64,000 nucleotides of DNA, filler included, from Stramenopiles sp. TOSAG23-3 (GCA_900128585.1; 10 parts of 10 records of this genome joined end to end with filler, not necessarily neighbours in it), one strand, 5' to 3'; shown: positions 34,610 to 47,233, numbered from the whole stretch's first letter. The notes: generated from the sequence alone by a model not told the origin. Numbers and translations are program-made.

Positions 34610-36121
34610 ATGGCAGAGCAGACGGGCAAAGCGACCGGTAAGCGGCGGGGTTGGTCCAGTGGTTCGTCTCCCGAGCACGGGGAGGAGGGCAGGGAGATGG
34701 GCACAGACAATAGTGAAAGCCGCCACCGCTCAAAGTCTGCAAAATTAACGCCCCGAATGACGGCAGTGTCGAGCACGGCAACCCCGGTGTACCGGTGCGT
34801 CGGGGCACCGCCCCCGTGTGTGAAACGGTTGCAGACGATGGACTTTGGGGCACCGTTTCGAGACCTGTTTGTGCTGAAGCACAGTCTGGGAACGGCGTAC
34901 TTGAACCACGGCAGTTTCGGCGCAACGCCAAAGGTTGTCTTGGGAAAATTACGCATGCTAAACACGCAGTTAGAGGAACACCCGGACCAATGGTTTCGTA
35001 GAACAGTAGTCCCGATGGTCCGCCAGTCCGCTGCGGAGTTGGCAAAGTTTGTCCTGGCCGACAAGAGTGAGTTAGTATTTGTGGAGAACGCCACCACGGG
35101 CATAAACGCGGTGATTCGGTCCTTGGAGCTGCACGACAACGACGGGGTGCTTTGTTTTTCGCTCCACTATCGTCCTATCCTGACAACGTTGCGTCGGACG
35201 TGCGAGTACAAGCAGGAAGTCATCGATTTGATAGAGATGGACATCCCTTACCCGTTTCCTGCCCCGCAAGAGCTCGTCGATATGGTGGAGCTGGAACTGA
35301 AGCGCTCTCCGCACATTCAGCTCGCTGTATTCGACCACATCACGTCCCCGACTAGCTTAGTTCTTCCTGTCAAAGCGCTTTGCGAAGTTTGCCACAACCA
35401 TGGGGTCGAAGTTTTGGTTGATGGCGCGCACGCCCCGGGGCAAATCCCGTTGAGCCTGAGCGAGTTGAACGCCGACTATTACGTCGGGACGTGCCACAAG
35501 TGGCTGTTTTCACCGAAAGGCTCGGCCTTTCTTTGGGCCAGGCGTGAGGTGCAGAATCTCCTTTGTCCCTTGGTGACTACTACTGGGTGGGACAGCGATT
35601 TCGTCGATTCATTCTCTCACCAAGGCACGAGGAACGCGACCGCGTTCGCGTGTGTTGCAACGGCCCTGCGCATGTATAATTTCATGGGCGTTGAGCGTGT
35701 CATGAAACGTAATCGGGAGATGGTCATTGAGATGGCCCAGCACTTGGCCACGCTGTGGGGCACGCAGACTATGCTGCCGTACAACGCGCCGGAGCAAGCA
35801 GGCGGGAAGGGGAACAACGATGAAAGCGAGGATGATTTTTCCGGTGCGCCGACATCGTACGAAGGAGCCTTTATGGCGTGCATTGAGCTGCCGCCGCAGT
35901 TGGCGTTGAATTTTCTGAACTGCGGTGGCCAGCATGACATGCAGTGCGATCGGTTGCGGGACTTGCTGCTCTCCCGCTTTAATTTGGAAGCTTCCGTCAT
36001 TTTCTATTTTCAAACGAAAATGTGGGTACGAATAAGCTGTCAGGTGTACAATGTAAAAGCAGATTACGAGCGACTTGGCGAAGCGATTGCTACGCTGACA
36101 GGTGAAGTGGACACGGTGTGA
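34610..36121 (+). CDS. Class V PLP-dependent enzyme (isopenicillin N epimerase / Egt2 / L-cysteine desulfhydrase-like)
   Basis: YLNHGSFGATP, ENATTG, DHITSPTS, VDGAHAPGQ, TCHKWLFSPKG and WVRISCQVYN. Confidence 0.88.
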   Translation: MAEQTGKATGKRRGWSSGSSPEHGEEGREMGTDNSESRHRSKSAKLTPRMTAVSSTATPVYRCVGAPPPCVKRLQTMDFGAPFRDLFVLKHSLGTAYLNHGSFGATPKVVLGKLRMLNTQLEEHPDQWFRRTVVPMVRQSAAELAKFVLADKSELVFVENATTGINAVIRSLELHDNDGVLCFSLHYRPILTTLRRTCEYKQEVIDLIEMDIPYPFPAPQELVDMVELELKRSPHIQLAVFDHITSPTSLVLPVKALCEVCHNHGVEVLVDGAHAPGQIPLSLSELNADYYVGTCHKWLFSPKGSAFLWARREVQNLLCPLVTTTGWDSDFVDSFSHQGTRNATAFACVATALRMYNFMGVERVMKRNREMVIEMAQHLATLWGTQTMLPYNAPEQAGGKGNNDESEDDFSGAPTSYEGAFMACIELPPQLALNFLNCGGQHDMQCDRLRDLLLSRFNLEASVIFYFQTKMWVRISCQVYNVKADYERLGEAIATLTGEVDTV

Positions 36122-36398
36122 GAGTGGCAAAACGCACCATTTTGATAAATACAAGAGAAATAAAAGGGGGGCAAACGTTTATTGAGAAGCTTTCAGTCCC
36201 CGCTTAAAATTTAAAAACCTAAATTAGATATATCATTAATAAAATTAATGGCATTATAAAATAAAAATCACCTATTTATTATGTTACACGTTAAATATTC
36301 ACATTTTTCACATAAATTTCAACAATTTGTTACCTCTTCTTTGTGTACGATACTTGAGTGCCACAAAGGCCCGCTTGCTCGCACGCTTTCTTAGACCT

Positions 36399-39300
36399 TC
36401 ACCTTCGATAATAGGACTGCGCGTAGTACTGGGGAAAGGCGCGCGACGCTTCTTGTCCGGCAAATACTGCAACAGGGGACCCTTCGTTGTAGTATACAGC
36501 GCCTTGGAAGGCACCATTGCTCATTGCAAGGTTTTGTTGCGGGGGCGACTGGGAAGTAAAATACCCATTGTCGCCGATGTTGTAGGGTTGTTGGGACTGT
36601 GCAGGAAGTCTTCCGGCAGGCGGGACCGGGTTCCCTTTGTGCCTTGGAGAATAGGAATAGCCCGGTTGAACGGTGCTGTGATGGGACCCCATCGAATCAA
36701 ACCCGGCGTCGCCTTTCCGGTTGCCCATTTTTCTAGTTTTCGCCCCACCCTTTCCCATTGACGCGTAGCTTTTGGCCCCATTACGCCTTGCCCCAGACGG
36801 CGACATGGTGTTTTTCTTCCCGGCCATCCGCTGCTTTCGCGCGACTCGTTTGCTCGGCAAAGCCTTGCGCAAGACGACTTCGGCCCTCTCGTCTTGGTAT
36901 TCCCCAAGAAGCAGGGCCTTTGTTCGCTTCAGAACGTACATTTGCCTGCTCTTCTGGAGTACGGCCAAGCGATCTAAATCGTCCAGGCTCAAGTTTTTGA
37001 CGGTTGCGATTTGATGGATGGAGCGCAGCTCGCGGCGTACGTCCTTGTCCAAACTTCGTATTTTGTTGTTGCGCTCTTCCTTCTCGGCCTCTATTGCACT
37101 CAACCCACCTGCTTGCTTGGGAGATTCAGTGTTGATCGTCTCAGCGCTCTGGGCCAACGCGTTGCCGCCAGGCAGGCTGTTCTGGGCCATCCGCTGACTC
37201 TCTTCTATGGCCTTCTGGTGCGTCGTCGGCTGCAACTCGAACGAAGGGCCGGCCAGGGGGGTCCTGCGGTTCATGGATATCAAGTCGTCGTACGTTTGTT
37301 CTTCTGCCCAATCGATCGCTTCGTTCAAAAGGTCTTTCAATGGGGCGCTGACCCATTGGTTGATCATGTTCTGCACCCGCTTGCACGCCGCTACCTGGGC
37401 CATGGGGTCGAGCGAGTGAAGGTTGGTGGATCGCATGCAGTTCCCTCTGCGTGGCCGGCGGCAAGCTTCGAAGAACCCGTCGGGAACGGGCGGCCATGCG
37501 CTCCTTCTGGGTCAGCCCTGTGCGACTGGCAGAGAGGGAATTGGTCTGGGGAGCAGACCCTTGGGGCATCGTCGCTGACCCCGGGCCGTCCTCGAACTGT
37601 TGAAACTTTTCGAAGGATTCCTCCATCGGGGACATTTGCGAAGCCTCTATCGGTTCCATTTTCAACGGTTCTAAATTTATTACCTGCTCCACGTCTTCCA
37701 TCTCGGCCGATTCGACGTCGAGCGAGGTGAGGACTTCTTGTTTTCGGGGTGGCTCCAGCTGCCCTCGAGCAAGGCGGGGGCTCGGGTTGGGCGGGGCCGG
37801 GCTTCGCCGGGGCGGTTTGGGGGACCGTCGCACCGAGGGCGACCCCCGTGGTTTTCTCGGGGAGTTGTTGCCCCCCAACGAACTCCGGCAGTAGTCTTCA
37901 AATTCCGCCTGGACGACCCGCCCGTCCCCGTTCTTGCTGATGAACCGAGACAATTCCCTGGCCTCTTGCGGGGTCATCGTGGTAGCCCCTAGGAGTTTGA
38001 AGCCTTTCAAAATGTCTTCCGGGCCCACCCACCCCCGGTTTCCACGGTCCATCTTTTTCCAGACTCCCCGTATTTTCTGAGTTTGCTTGTACACCCTCTG
38101 CCTGGACTCTTTCTCTCGGGTGCTCGCCCGCTCCTGCCTTCCGCGTTGAATGGCCTGGATCCTCACCGCCGCATCCTCTCGTTCCTTCAAATCCTTTCGT
38201 TCCTGTCTACCGCGTTGGGCCGCTTGTATTTTTCGCGCCGCGTCCTCCTTGTCCCTCAACTCCTCTCGGGTCTCCCGCACTCGATTTCGTTCTTGTTTTC
38301 CCCTTTGGATGGCCTGAATCTTCGTGGCCGCTTCCTTCCGTTCTTTCAACTCTTGTCGAGCTTGCTTCCCACGGTGCGCAGCTTGGATCTTCGTGACAGC
38401 CTCGTCCTGCGGCATCCCTTGCGAATTGACCGTCTTGATCGACCTGCTCCTCGTCGGACTTTTCTGGACGGCTTGGTGCTCTTGCGCTATCAGCTGCCGC
38501 CGGGCATGGTCGATGTGGCGAAAGCAAAGCCGCATGGGCCGTTTGCTTTTTTGGATTTTCTTTACAATTTCGGCGATTTGAAGGCCCTTCACCGACTCGC
38601 CGGACACTGCCGTGATGATGTCCCCCACGAGCAACTCTTTGCACTCGCTTGCCGCCCCCCCCCCCCTTAATGTTCATGACGTGCACGACGTTCTCCATGT
38701 TTGGGCCCTCTTTATTTTCTCTAAATGTCAGCCCAAGGGGGCCAGCCTGAAATTCGTGGGTGATCTTGCTCGCCGTGCTCCAGTTGTCGACCAGCGCTTC
38801 GTATAGGTTGATCAGCTTGGGGTTGAAGGGCGACTTTTTTGCAAATTTTACCCTCGCTGGCCCGTCCAGGGCCCGCATCATTGCAATGCCCCCTTGGAGC
38901 CACTTTACAAACTCGTCGCTGTCTATGGTCCCACTGTGATCGTCGTCGATCATGTTCATGAGTTGCTTCAGCTCCGTCGGACTCTGGGGCAGTTCCAACC
39001 CTTCGTTTGCGAGCATGTGCGAGGCCGCGGTCACGAGGTCCTTCAACTGGTCTATGCCCAGCGGCTTACCATCATCTCGACTGCTCGTTTTCCTGCCGCT
39101 GAGGTGGTGGGCGGACGTAAATATTTCTTCGACCTTTTCGTTCGAAGGCTCGAGCCACCGTAGAACGGACTCCAATAAATTTATAAACCTGGAGTGCATA
39201 GGACTCTTTTCGGCAATCTTGCCCCTCTGTTGTTTCGACTTTGTCGCACCGTTCGACAGCCACGCAATGAACTCGTTCTCGTCGATTAAATTATTCCCGT

Positions 39301-39511
39301 CCCGGTCCAAGAACCGAAGCACCGTTTTGACTTCCTCCTTGGACGGCAACGACAGGCCAGGGTTCTGGGTCGACATTTCCCTTACCATAACCCGGAGCTG
39401 CGCCTCCCCGATCATATGCGTCTCATGGTCCGCATACTCATAGAACAGCTCATGCGTCAACGCTTTGGAAGTCGCCGCAGCAATCGAAATCCCCACGGAC
39501 GCGTCCACCAT
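36399..39511 (-). CDS. Large EF-hand/PDZ/IQ protein split over three frames (frameshifts at ~38655-38666 and ~37420)
   Basis: EF loops DRDGNNLIDENEF and DDDHSGTIDSDEF; PDZ GPLGLTF...VGDIITAVSG spans a G12 run; four IQxxxRGxxxR motifs; helical repeat continues into ORF 36399-37436. Confidence 0.75.
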
Positions 39512-40240
39512 GATGATGTCGAGAATGCTTCCACTCCAATCAAATGAAGGTTTAATTCAAATGGAATCAACAAACTAAGAAAATAAGAAACAAATAGACA
39601 AACGCACAACCGCACGACACAAAAAAGCGTTTTCAATCATTTATTTTATTGCAAGTAAACGTCTAATGACTCATCATAACTATCAATCATTTCCATCTCA
39701 ATTCTAAAAAATGCCAAAACTCGGCAGAAGAAAGGGAAAAATTAAAAAGAATAAATTTTTTTATTTCAACGAAAAAACTATATTTTAACAAGTACAACTA
39801 TATCATATACTAATAACTATAATACCTATCAAACAGATATCCTTCTCTTGAAACCACCATGTCTAAAAATAGATTGAGATTCGAAATATTCTTTTTATGA
39901 AAATAAAGTTCACCCTATCAAATAAAAATATAAATACGAATAAATCGTATAGTAATAATATACTACGACAAAACAACGAAGAAGAGAAGGAAGGATGAAA
40001 AAGTTTGACATAATCGAAGAAGACAAGAGTTTAAGTTTAAGTCAATTTTGGTGGATCGATCATCACAATAAAATAAATGGACTGTTTTATTATGAAGATG
40101 TGTTCTGTTTAGAGTTCATTGTTTCATTTGAATAACAAAACACGTTGAAAAGAGGTTTCATTGCGGTTTTTCTTTTTGTTTTAAGTTTGGTTGTGTGTGC
40201 ATAGATATTTAGTTTATACTTGTAGTTGTCGTATTGTTTT

Positions 40241-42888
40241 ATGCCGCCAAAGCGAAGCCCTCTTGGGGGAAAAGGTGGACCACCCCCGCCAAGAGGACGG
40301 GGACCCCCGCGTGGTCTTGGGCCGCCAAGAGGGCTGCCCCCACCGCCCCCAGGCATGCAAGCTCGGCCGCCACGATCGGGTGGACCACCACCCAGGCCTG
40401 GCGCAATGAAAAATGCCAACATTGCGTCGAACGACAACGCGCACAACGAAAAGGTTTTGAGGCGAATGCTGCAAGGCCAAGCATAATTCCAGCTGCCGGG
40501 GACATTCCTGTGTTTTCTGAGCAGAAGATGCTAAACATGACGACCCAGGAACGCACCCAGCCGTCCTGGTTGAGTAGCCTTTTGGAGCTCGACGAATCGT
40601 CCCAGCTGAGTGTTGTCAGCATGGTGATTCAAACGGCCAAATCTGCGACTCTGACAGAAACCCGTGCGCCCTACATTGATATGGTCTTGAAAATGAAGCA
40701 GAAACTGCTGGGAAAGAACGCAAAAAAGATCCGCAACATGATAATGGAGGCCAAGAAAGACCCGTCGAATAACAAATTTAGCCGGGTCATCACGGTGGCA
40801 GAGTTTAAAGTGTGGGTGCAGAAGTATCACCTGTGCCACCGCGGGGACAGCAAACACGTCGAAGCGTTGTACGGCGAGATCAGCGCTCGGTACAGCGAAA
40901 AGCGTGGCGGGATCACTTTGGAGAAGCTCTTAAACTACTTGTCCCGCTTCAAAGAGACGACAGCGTACCTTAAGGACGCGGACAAGTCGGTCTCGCAGCT
41001 GTTTGACGACGCCATGCACCGTGAGAAAAACGCGAACAAAGGTGGGCGGCACGAAAACATCGTTCCCTCGGCATGGGAAATCGAGCAGAGGAATCGAATT
41101 ATTGCCGGGCTGCCGATTGAGACGAGGAAATCATTGCGGGACATCCATGACGAGTTTGGGCTGTCAAACCTGCGCGGGGAGGACACCGAAAGAATGTCCG
41201 CGCTCCCGGTGGCTGTACAGAAGAGCGTCTGCGAGAGGTGCACCAAGCTGATGCGCAGCGCGAATTACGATCACTTGGACCACACCGCCAGGCAAGTCCT
41301 ACTGTTTGCTTTGACGAAGGCCGAAACGAGCATGAAGAGCCAAGAAGAACGGGAAAACAAACTTTTCATGCCCAGCGGAGTCACAGCGATAGAAAAACTA
41401 GAAACCCAGCCTTTGCCTGCTCGAAAAAAGACAATACGAACGGAAAATCGCACTGCGAGGGAGCGCCTCAACGACCTGTCGCAGCCGAAAAATAAGTACG
41501 TGCCGCGAAAAAAGAAGCAGGAGCCTTGGGAGAGACGCCGGGAGAGGCAGAAGAAACAGGCCTCGGGGAAGCGGGGGTTGCGCCAGCGCCGGCGGCAGCA
41601 CAAACAAGGATACGGCGACCCAAAGCGGCGGGAAAGGGGACGAAGAAGACGGCGCAGGAGACATGACCAGCAGGAGCCTGGCGGGAAGGGGTACGGATCG
41701 TTTGGGGAGGACTCCTACGAGTCGTTCGAATCGTTCGACGACGACACGGACGGAATGGACAGTTACGAGGAGGATGACGGCTACGCCCCCACCAACCAAC
41801 GGCGCCAGCGTGGTGTGAACCGACACAAGAAGCAGGACACGCGGCATTACCACGCCCGGATCCCGACCCCGCCCGAAGCGAGCATGGCGAACCAAAAGCA
41901 ATCGCAGCCGCGCAAAGCTCGCCGGGTGGTGCAGGGGCAAGGGGGGCAGGAGAACCCAAACCGGCGCCGGCAACGAAAGCATTTGAGGGACAGTATGGGC
42001 GCGCACCACAGCAGCGTGGTTCCGGGCTGGTACTACAGTCCACGGCACGACCAGCACGTCTCTACCATCTACATTGACCCGAGCCGCCCGGACAAAGAGC
42101 TGGACTTTTGGGAGGAGAACACAGAGGCAACGAACCTTCCAATGCCACCGTTGGCACGGCATGGCTACCAGCAGCAGATGTACTCCGTGGGTCTTCCGCA
42201 GACGACCGTGGTGCAGCCACCGTTCCAAGAATCGATCGTGCAGTTTCCCCTCCCTTCGCAGCCACAACAGGCTGGGTACTCTGCCCAGGTTCCAATGGCG
42301 GTCCACCAGGGCCATGCGATGGTCGCACCGGCGAAGAACAGCACCATGGCGAGAAGGGGGCGCCACGGCGGGCGCAAAGGGTCGCACGAAAAGATAGGGG
42401 CCGCACAGCGTCACATGGACTTCGAGCGTCGACGGATGGCCCGGGAGCGACGGCGCCAGGCGCGGGATGCGAAGAAAGGCATTGCGCCGAGACCAATCCC
42501 GCCCCCTCAACCTGGCTGGACGATGGGAAACAGCGGCGGCGGCGCCCTTCTTCCCCCGCCAAGCGATCCCCCCCCGGGAGACTTGCCGATGGTCCCTCCG
42601 GTAACACTAGGGACGGTCGTGCAAGGGTACCCTACGGTTCAGGCCCCAGTACCGACTGGTGCGGGCGGGGGCTACTCTACCATGGGAGTCCCGATGGGAT
42701 TTGCGCAGCAGGCCCAAACTTTCCCGCCCCCCGTGCCGGTGGCGCCCGTGTTTCAGACGTACGCCCCGATGGAAGCCCAGGTGCAGGCCCAGAACGGCCA
42801 CTTTAATCCTCCGGCCCAGCCTCCCGACTTTAGCGGAGTAATTTTGTTCACGAATGGGGAAGCGGTCGCCATGTACGATTCGAGCTGA
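40241..42888 (+). CDS. Pro-rich protein paralogous in part to the 36399-39511 gene; probable 1-nt frameshift near 40480
   Basis: MPPKRSPLGGKGGPPP frame ends at 40486 and coding continues in the overlapping frame; shares the DSMGxHHS..YSPRH and C-terminal motifs with its neighbour. Confidence 0.72.
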
Positions 42889-43275
42889 GAATAGCATGTA
42901 TAATCCCTTCAATAAGATAATCTTAAATTTACCGTGGAAACAAATTTCTGTTAGTAAGAAGTCTTATGTTAACGTAAGACATCATATGGTATCTTTACTG
43001 TACTCTAATTATCGCACTGACGCATTGTATTAAAAATAAATAATTTGTTGTGTTTAGTTGTAAAAATATTTTTATTTACGAGTATGTTAAAAATGTCTTA
43101 GTAATTCTCGTCGCAACCCTGACCCCCACCTAAAAGCCTCCACGGCGCCGCATCCTCATTCCCGGTGCTCCCTTCGCCTTGTGGACACAAGCGGACTTCC
43201 CCCCTACCTACCAGCGGGTACGAGGGGGGGTCAGCTGTCGAACAACAATATCCTTTGCAGGGATTCCCCACACGC

Positions 43276-43883
43276 TTACGCCTCCCCCAATGGGCGCGCG
43301 GCGGCTTCTGGGTCAAGTTTAAAGTGTTGTCCACAGTCTGGGCATACGGTCGCTTTATCTCCACCTTCAACCACGAACCAGCGCAACCAAGTCGGGGCGT
43401 CCGCCGTACAGCCTCCTACACAGCCAACAATCCTGGAGCTCAGGCTGTTGTTGTTAAAAAAAGAAATTATAAACGTGCAATTGGTTAGTAACGGCGCGAT
43501 TCAATCTAGAAAGGAAGAGAGGGAAAGGTAAGGGCAGGGGCTCGCCGCACATTCGTCGTCACGGACTGGTCGCCGAGAGGGAACGTGTACGTGTGTGTGT
43601 GGGCGGGGGGGGGGGGGGGCGGACTGTTCGGGATAGAGAGTTATACGTACGCTGATGGGATCATAGTCGGGTCGTCCTTTGTACCAATAGAAGGGACCCA
43701 AAGCATAGAACGATTAAACCTTTCGTGTCCTTGGACTTCTTCATCCAATTCATCCTTGCGCAAACCAGTCGCTTGCTCAGAATCGCCTGGCAAACGCCCA
43801 GTGACACCAGAAAAGCACCTGGCTTGTTTTGGAAGTTTCACTAAACTACGGGCTGCTCGAAGCGAAGAAGCAAAAAGTGCCAT
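43276..43883 (-). CDS. COX5B: Cytochrome c oxidase subunit 5B; two exons (43883-43651, 43444-43276)
   Basis: Mitochondrial presequence, QATGLRKDEL and GTKDDPTMIPS; a GTACGT..TACTAAC..CAG intron joins in frame to ALSSRIVGC...WF...CPDCGQHFKL zinc motif. Confidence 0.9.
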
Positions 43884-44445
43884 GATTGTTTGTTTGTTCG
43901 TCGGTCTTAAAAAAACGGAGATGAAAGCTTTAAATTAGTATTCCTACCTGTATATATTCAACGTCTTTCAAATGTTAAAAATCTTTTGTTGCCTTCAAAC
44001 CCATTCCATCCCATCGTAATTTCTTTNNNNNNNNNNNNNNNNNNNNNNNNNNNNNNNNNNNNNNNNNNNNTTAATTAATTAANNNNNNNNNNNNNNNNNN
44101 NNNNNNNNNNNNNNNNNNNNNNNNNNAGAAGGGAACGTGTTTCGCACCACCACATGATAACTTTAAAATACCAGAAGTAACTATGATATTATGATATGAT
44201 GATATGATATACAATACGTATGGCAGTACGAGAAGAGAATAATTAATTTGTTTGGTGGAGTTTAAGACTAACATAAGTAACTGATTCGGATCATGCATGG
44301 AGCGTACGTCTGAGAATGATACAAGTACTGATAGTCAAGACTAAGTGACTAGGGTAGATTGATCAGTAAAACCACAAGAGCAGAGACAAGTGCGCAGTAC
44401 ATGAAGGAACGTAAACCTTTAATTGACAAATGAGCAGATTCATTT

Positions 44446-44515
44446 TCGCAGTTTAGTATTATACTATATATTTTGTTTTTTTTTAATTACTTAAATAACA
44501 GCCAATTTTCTTGTT
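44446..44515 (-). repeat. Dispersed 3'-end element copy with downstream ACTGCGAA box
   Basis: + strand TTAATTACTTAAATAACAGCCAATTTTCTTGTT at 44483-44515 and TTCGCAGT at ~44445. Confidence 0.85.
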
Positions 44516-44669
44516 ATGATATGATATAAAAATTTATCATACCTATTAAATACGCGCACGCGTACAGATCGTAAACAGGAAAACAAATATTTAAGTTTTA
44601 AAATTCAAAAAAAAGGCCGATTTATTTCTCTTCTTCATAACATGATTAAAGATTAAGCTTTCTTCGAAT

Positions 44670-45224
44670 TTAGTCGACGACGAAATGGCCGCCCTTTCCA
44701 AGCGCAAAATGGGAAAGACGGGTAATGGCGTCGTCCTTCTCGCTTACAAGTTCCTTGATTAAGTCCTTGATGGATAGCAACCCAACCGCCTGGCCACCCT
44801 CGTCGACTAATGGCAAATGACGAATATCCTTGCTTAACATCTTTGCCATGCAATCCTGAATCGTATCCTCTTTCGTGGCAACTACAAGATTCGCCGCGCC
44901 CGACGTCGCTATTTCCTTGATTTTCGTTTCTTTCGAAGTGCGGCCGAGTAGCGCAACTTTATTAATATAGTCTCTTTCCGAGATGACGCCAGACAGTTTT
45001 CCAGACCCGTCAACGGTAACCAGCGCGCCAATGTTGAACGCCGAGAATCGTTGCACGGCATCGAAAACGGTCAAGTCATCACTGATCGTATAATCAATGT
45101 TATTGTAACACGATTTTTCCCAGGCAGTAGATGCAGACGCAAGGGACGACACTGACTCCGGAGTCGAGGAAAACGCACTTCTGGCAGCCTTAGCCACACC
45201 TTTGCGTAATATGGATGGGAACAT
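44670..45224 (-). CDS. CBS-pair protein, probably mitochondrial (CBSX3-like)
   Basis: Presequence-like N-terminus; TVFDAV..NIGALV..GVISERDY and IRHLPLVD..GLLSIKDL. Confidence 0.88.
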   Translation of the reverse strand: MFPSILRKGVAKAARSAFSSTPESVSSLASASTAWEKSCYNNIDYTISDDLTVFDAVQRFSAFNIGALVTVDGSGKLSGVISERDYINKVALLGRTSKETKIKEIATSGAANLVVATKEDTIQDCMAKMLSKDIRHLPLVDEGGQAVGLLSIKDLIKELVSEKDDAITRLSHFALGKGGHFVVD

Positions 45225-46141
45225 CGTTTCGGTTTTGATAGGTTTGGACGTAACACTCAAAATTTAAGCTATAAAAAATCTATGTATCGAAAACTAACCT
45301 TTATGTGTTTTGCATGAATCGAACAGCCCTACATACGAGACGCTTTTATTTTTGTCATATCGAATACGTACACGTTAAAATTCTAATAATCTCTATTGTA
45401 ATATTTTAATATAACATACTCCTCCTCCTTCATTTTTTTTTTAATTAATAATGAAATATTAATAATACAATGCTGTGTAATATAAAATAATATATAAAAA
45501 AAGAACATTAATTCGATATTATTATTATCGGTTTCACAGCTAGCAGAAGGAAATTTATTAAAAAAATTATTATTATATTTGTTGTTATTTTATTATATTA
45601 AAATACCAGTAATAGCTGCGTGATGTATGATGTATTTATAATATTTAATTTAATAATTGACACACATTGTTTTTTTCTTTTTTTTATTTATTGATTTACA
45701 GACGACGGACGGACGGGGACGGACTGGATACTGACATACTGACGAATGATGACGCACGAATCAGCTCAGCAGAAAATGATAAAAATAATATAAAGATAAT
45801 AATAATAATAATAGAAGAAGCGCCAGAAGGAAGGGGTGGGGTCTGGTGGTGGTGTGGTGGTGTGATGAAGAATGAATAATGATGAGAAGAAATAATAATA
45901 TAAAAAATGCTGCTGCCTTTTTTTATTTTTGTGTAAAATAATAAAAATTCAATCAACTTCAATTCCACCATTCTAATATATATATTACGCACTAGATTAC
46001 ATTCTCCCTCCACGGACGTCATTACGGTAGAAAACAGGTTCAGTAAGAAAGCGAGAGACGGCTGAAGTAGAAATATAGAAGAAAAGAAACACGGACAAAC
46101 CGGGTCGACCTTCCTATTTTTGAAGCGCTTCTCTCGCCGCT

Positions 46142-46873
46142 ATGGTTGCTAACGTCGCAGCATTGCCAAGTGCGCAATATCACTTTGTCCGAATTGTGGG
46201 CTACTTGCTGTGCTTGTATGTGCTGGACTGCATTGTGTGTTGTACTAAACTTGGATCGATAGCACGGTGGCAGTCCCTTCACACCTTCGCAAACTTCTTC
46301 ATCTCGTGCTTTTCGGTTGGCGACTTCATAAGGACAATGATGGACCCAATAAGTTCGTGCCTGGGGGTTCCTGTTACTGGTTACTCGCTGCAACCTGTGT
46401 ATATAATAATTGCGCTGCACACGTACCACATGCTCCCTTTTCTAGGCTTTAGACTGAAAGCCGACGATTATTTCCATCATTTGCTGTTCGGTGGGGTCAT
46501 CGGAAGCGCTGGGGTTAGTGGTTTGGTTATACAAAGAACAGGGGCAATCCAGAACTTTGTTGCGTTTTTCATCTGCGGATTACCAGGATTCTTGGATTAC
46601 GCCATGCTAGTTATGGTGAAGCTTGGGTATTTTACGAAAGAGGAAGAAAAGACTTGGAACGCACGAATAAATGTATGGGTGCGGTCTCCCGGATTGATGG
46701 GATCTGCGTGCATTATGTACATAAGCGTCTTGTATGGTCCTTTGGAAAGTCCGTGTCGCGCGAAGCCAGTACTCACATTACTGTGCGCTTTTCTGATCCT
46801 TTTCAATGGCCAGTATTATCTTCAAGTGGTCGTTGGGAACACCTTCCGAAAAGTGAAGACTTACAATTCTTAG
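46142..46873 (+). CDS. TLC-domain-like membrane protein, paralogue of the 19140 gene
   Basis: HTYHMLPFLGFRL, DYFHH, FICGLPGFLDYAMLVMVK and VWVRSP. Confidence 0.75.
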   Translation: MVANVAALPSAQYHFVRIVGYLLCLYVLDCIVCCTKLGSIARWQSLHTFANFFISCFSVGDFIRTMMDPISSCLGVPVTGYSLQPVYIIIALHTYHMLPFLGFRLKADDYFHHLLFGGVIGSAGVSGLVIQRTGAIQNFVAFFICGLPGFLDYAMLVMVKLGYFTKEEEKTWNARINVWVRSPGLMGSACIMYISVLYGPLESPCRAKPVLTLLCAFLILFNGQYYLQVVVGNTFRKVKTYNS

Positions 46874-47233
46874 ACCGCGCAGTAGGTACGCGCTCGCCTG
46901 GGTCGGCAATGGCAACGAAGGCCCATCAATGGTGTGGCAGCTCGCAGCAGAATGTAATTTTCCAGTGTGCTAATTAAGATTACACCAACTTTTAAAGAAG
47001 TACAAGCACAACTTTTAAAATTGTTTTATCCCATAAAAAATATACCGATCATTATTTGATTGAGCAGTATGATATCATACCACAGACAACGAGCCCCTTT
47101 AAAACATTTATGCCGCTGTGTACTTTTCAGACCAATCAATTGGAATCTTGACCAGAACTTGGGGAGGATCTGCAATATAGGAGGAGACATTGTTCTTGAA
47201 CTGACACCTTCTTTTTTCTTTGTATATATATAT

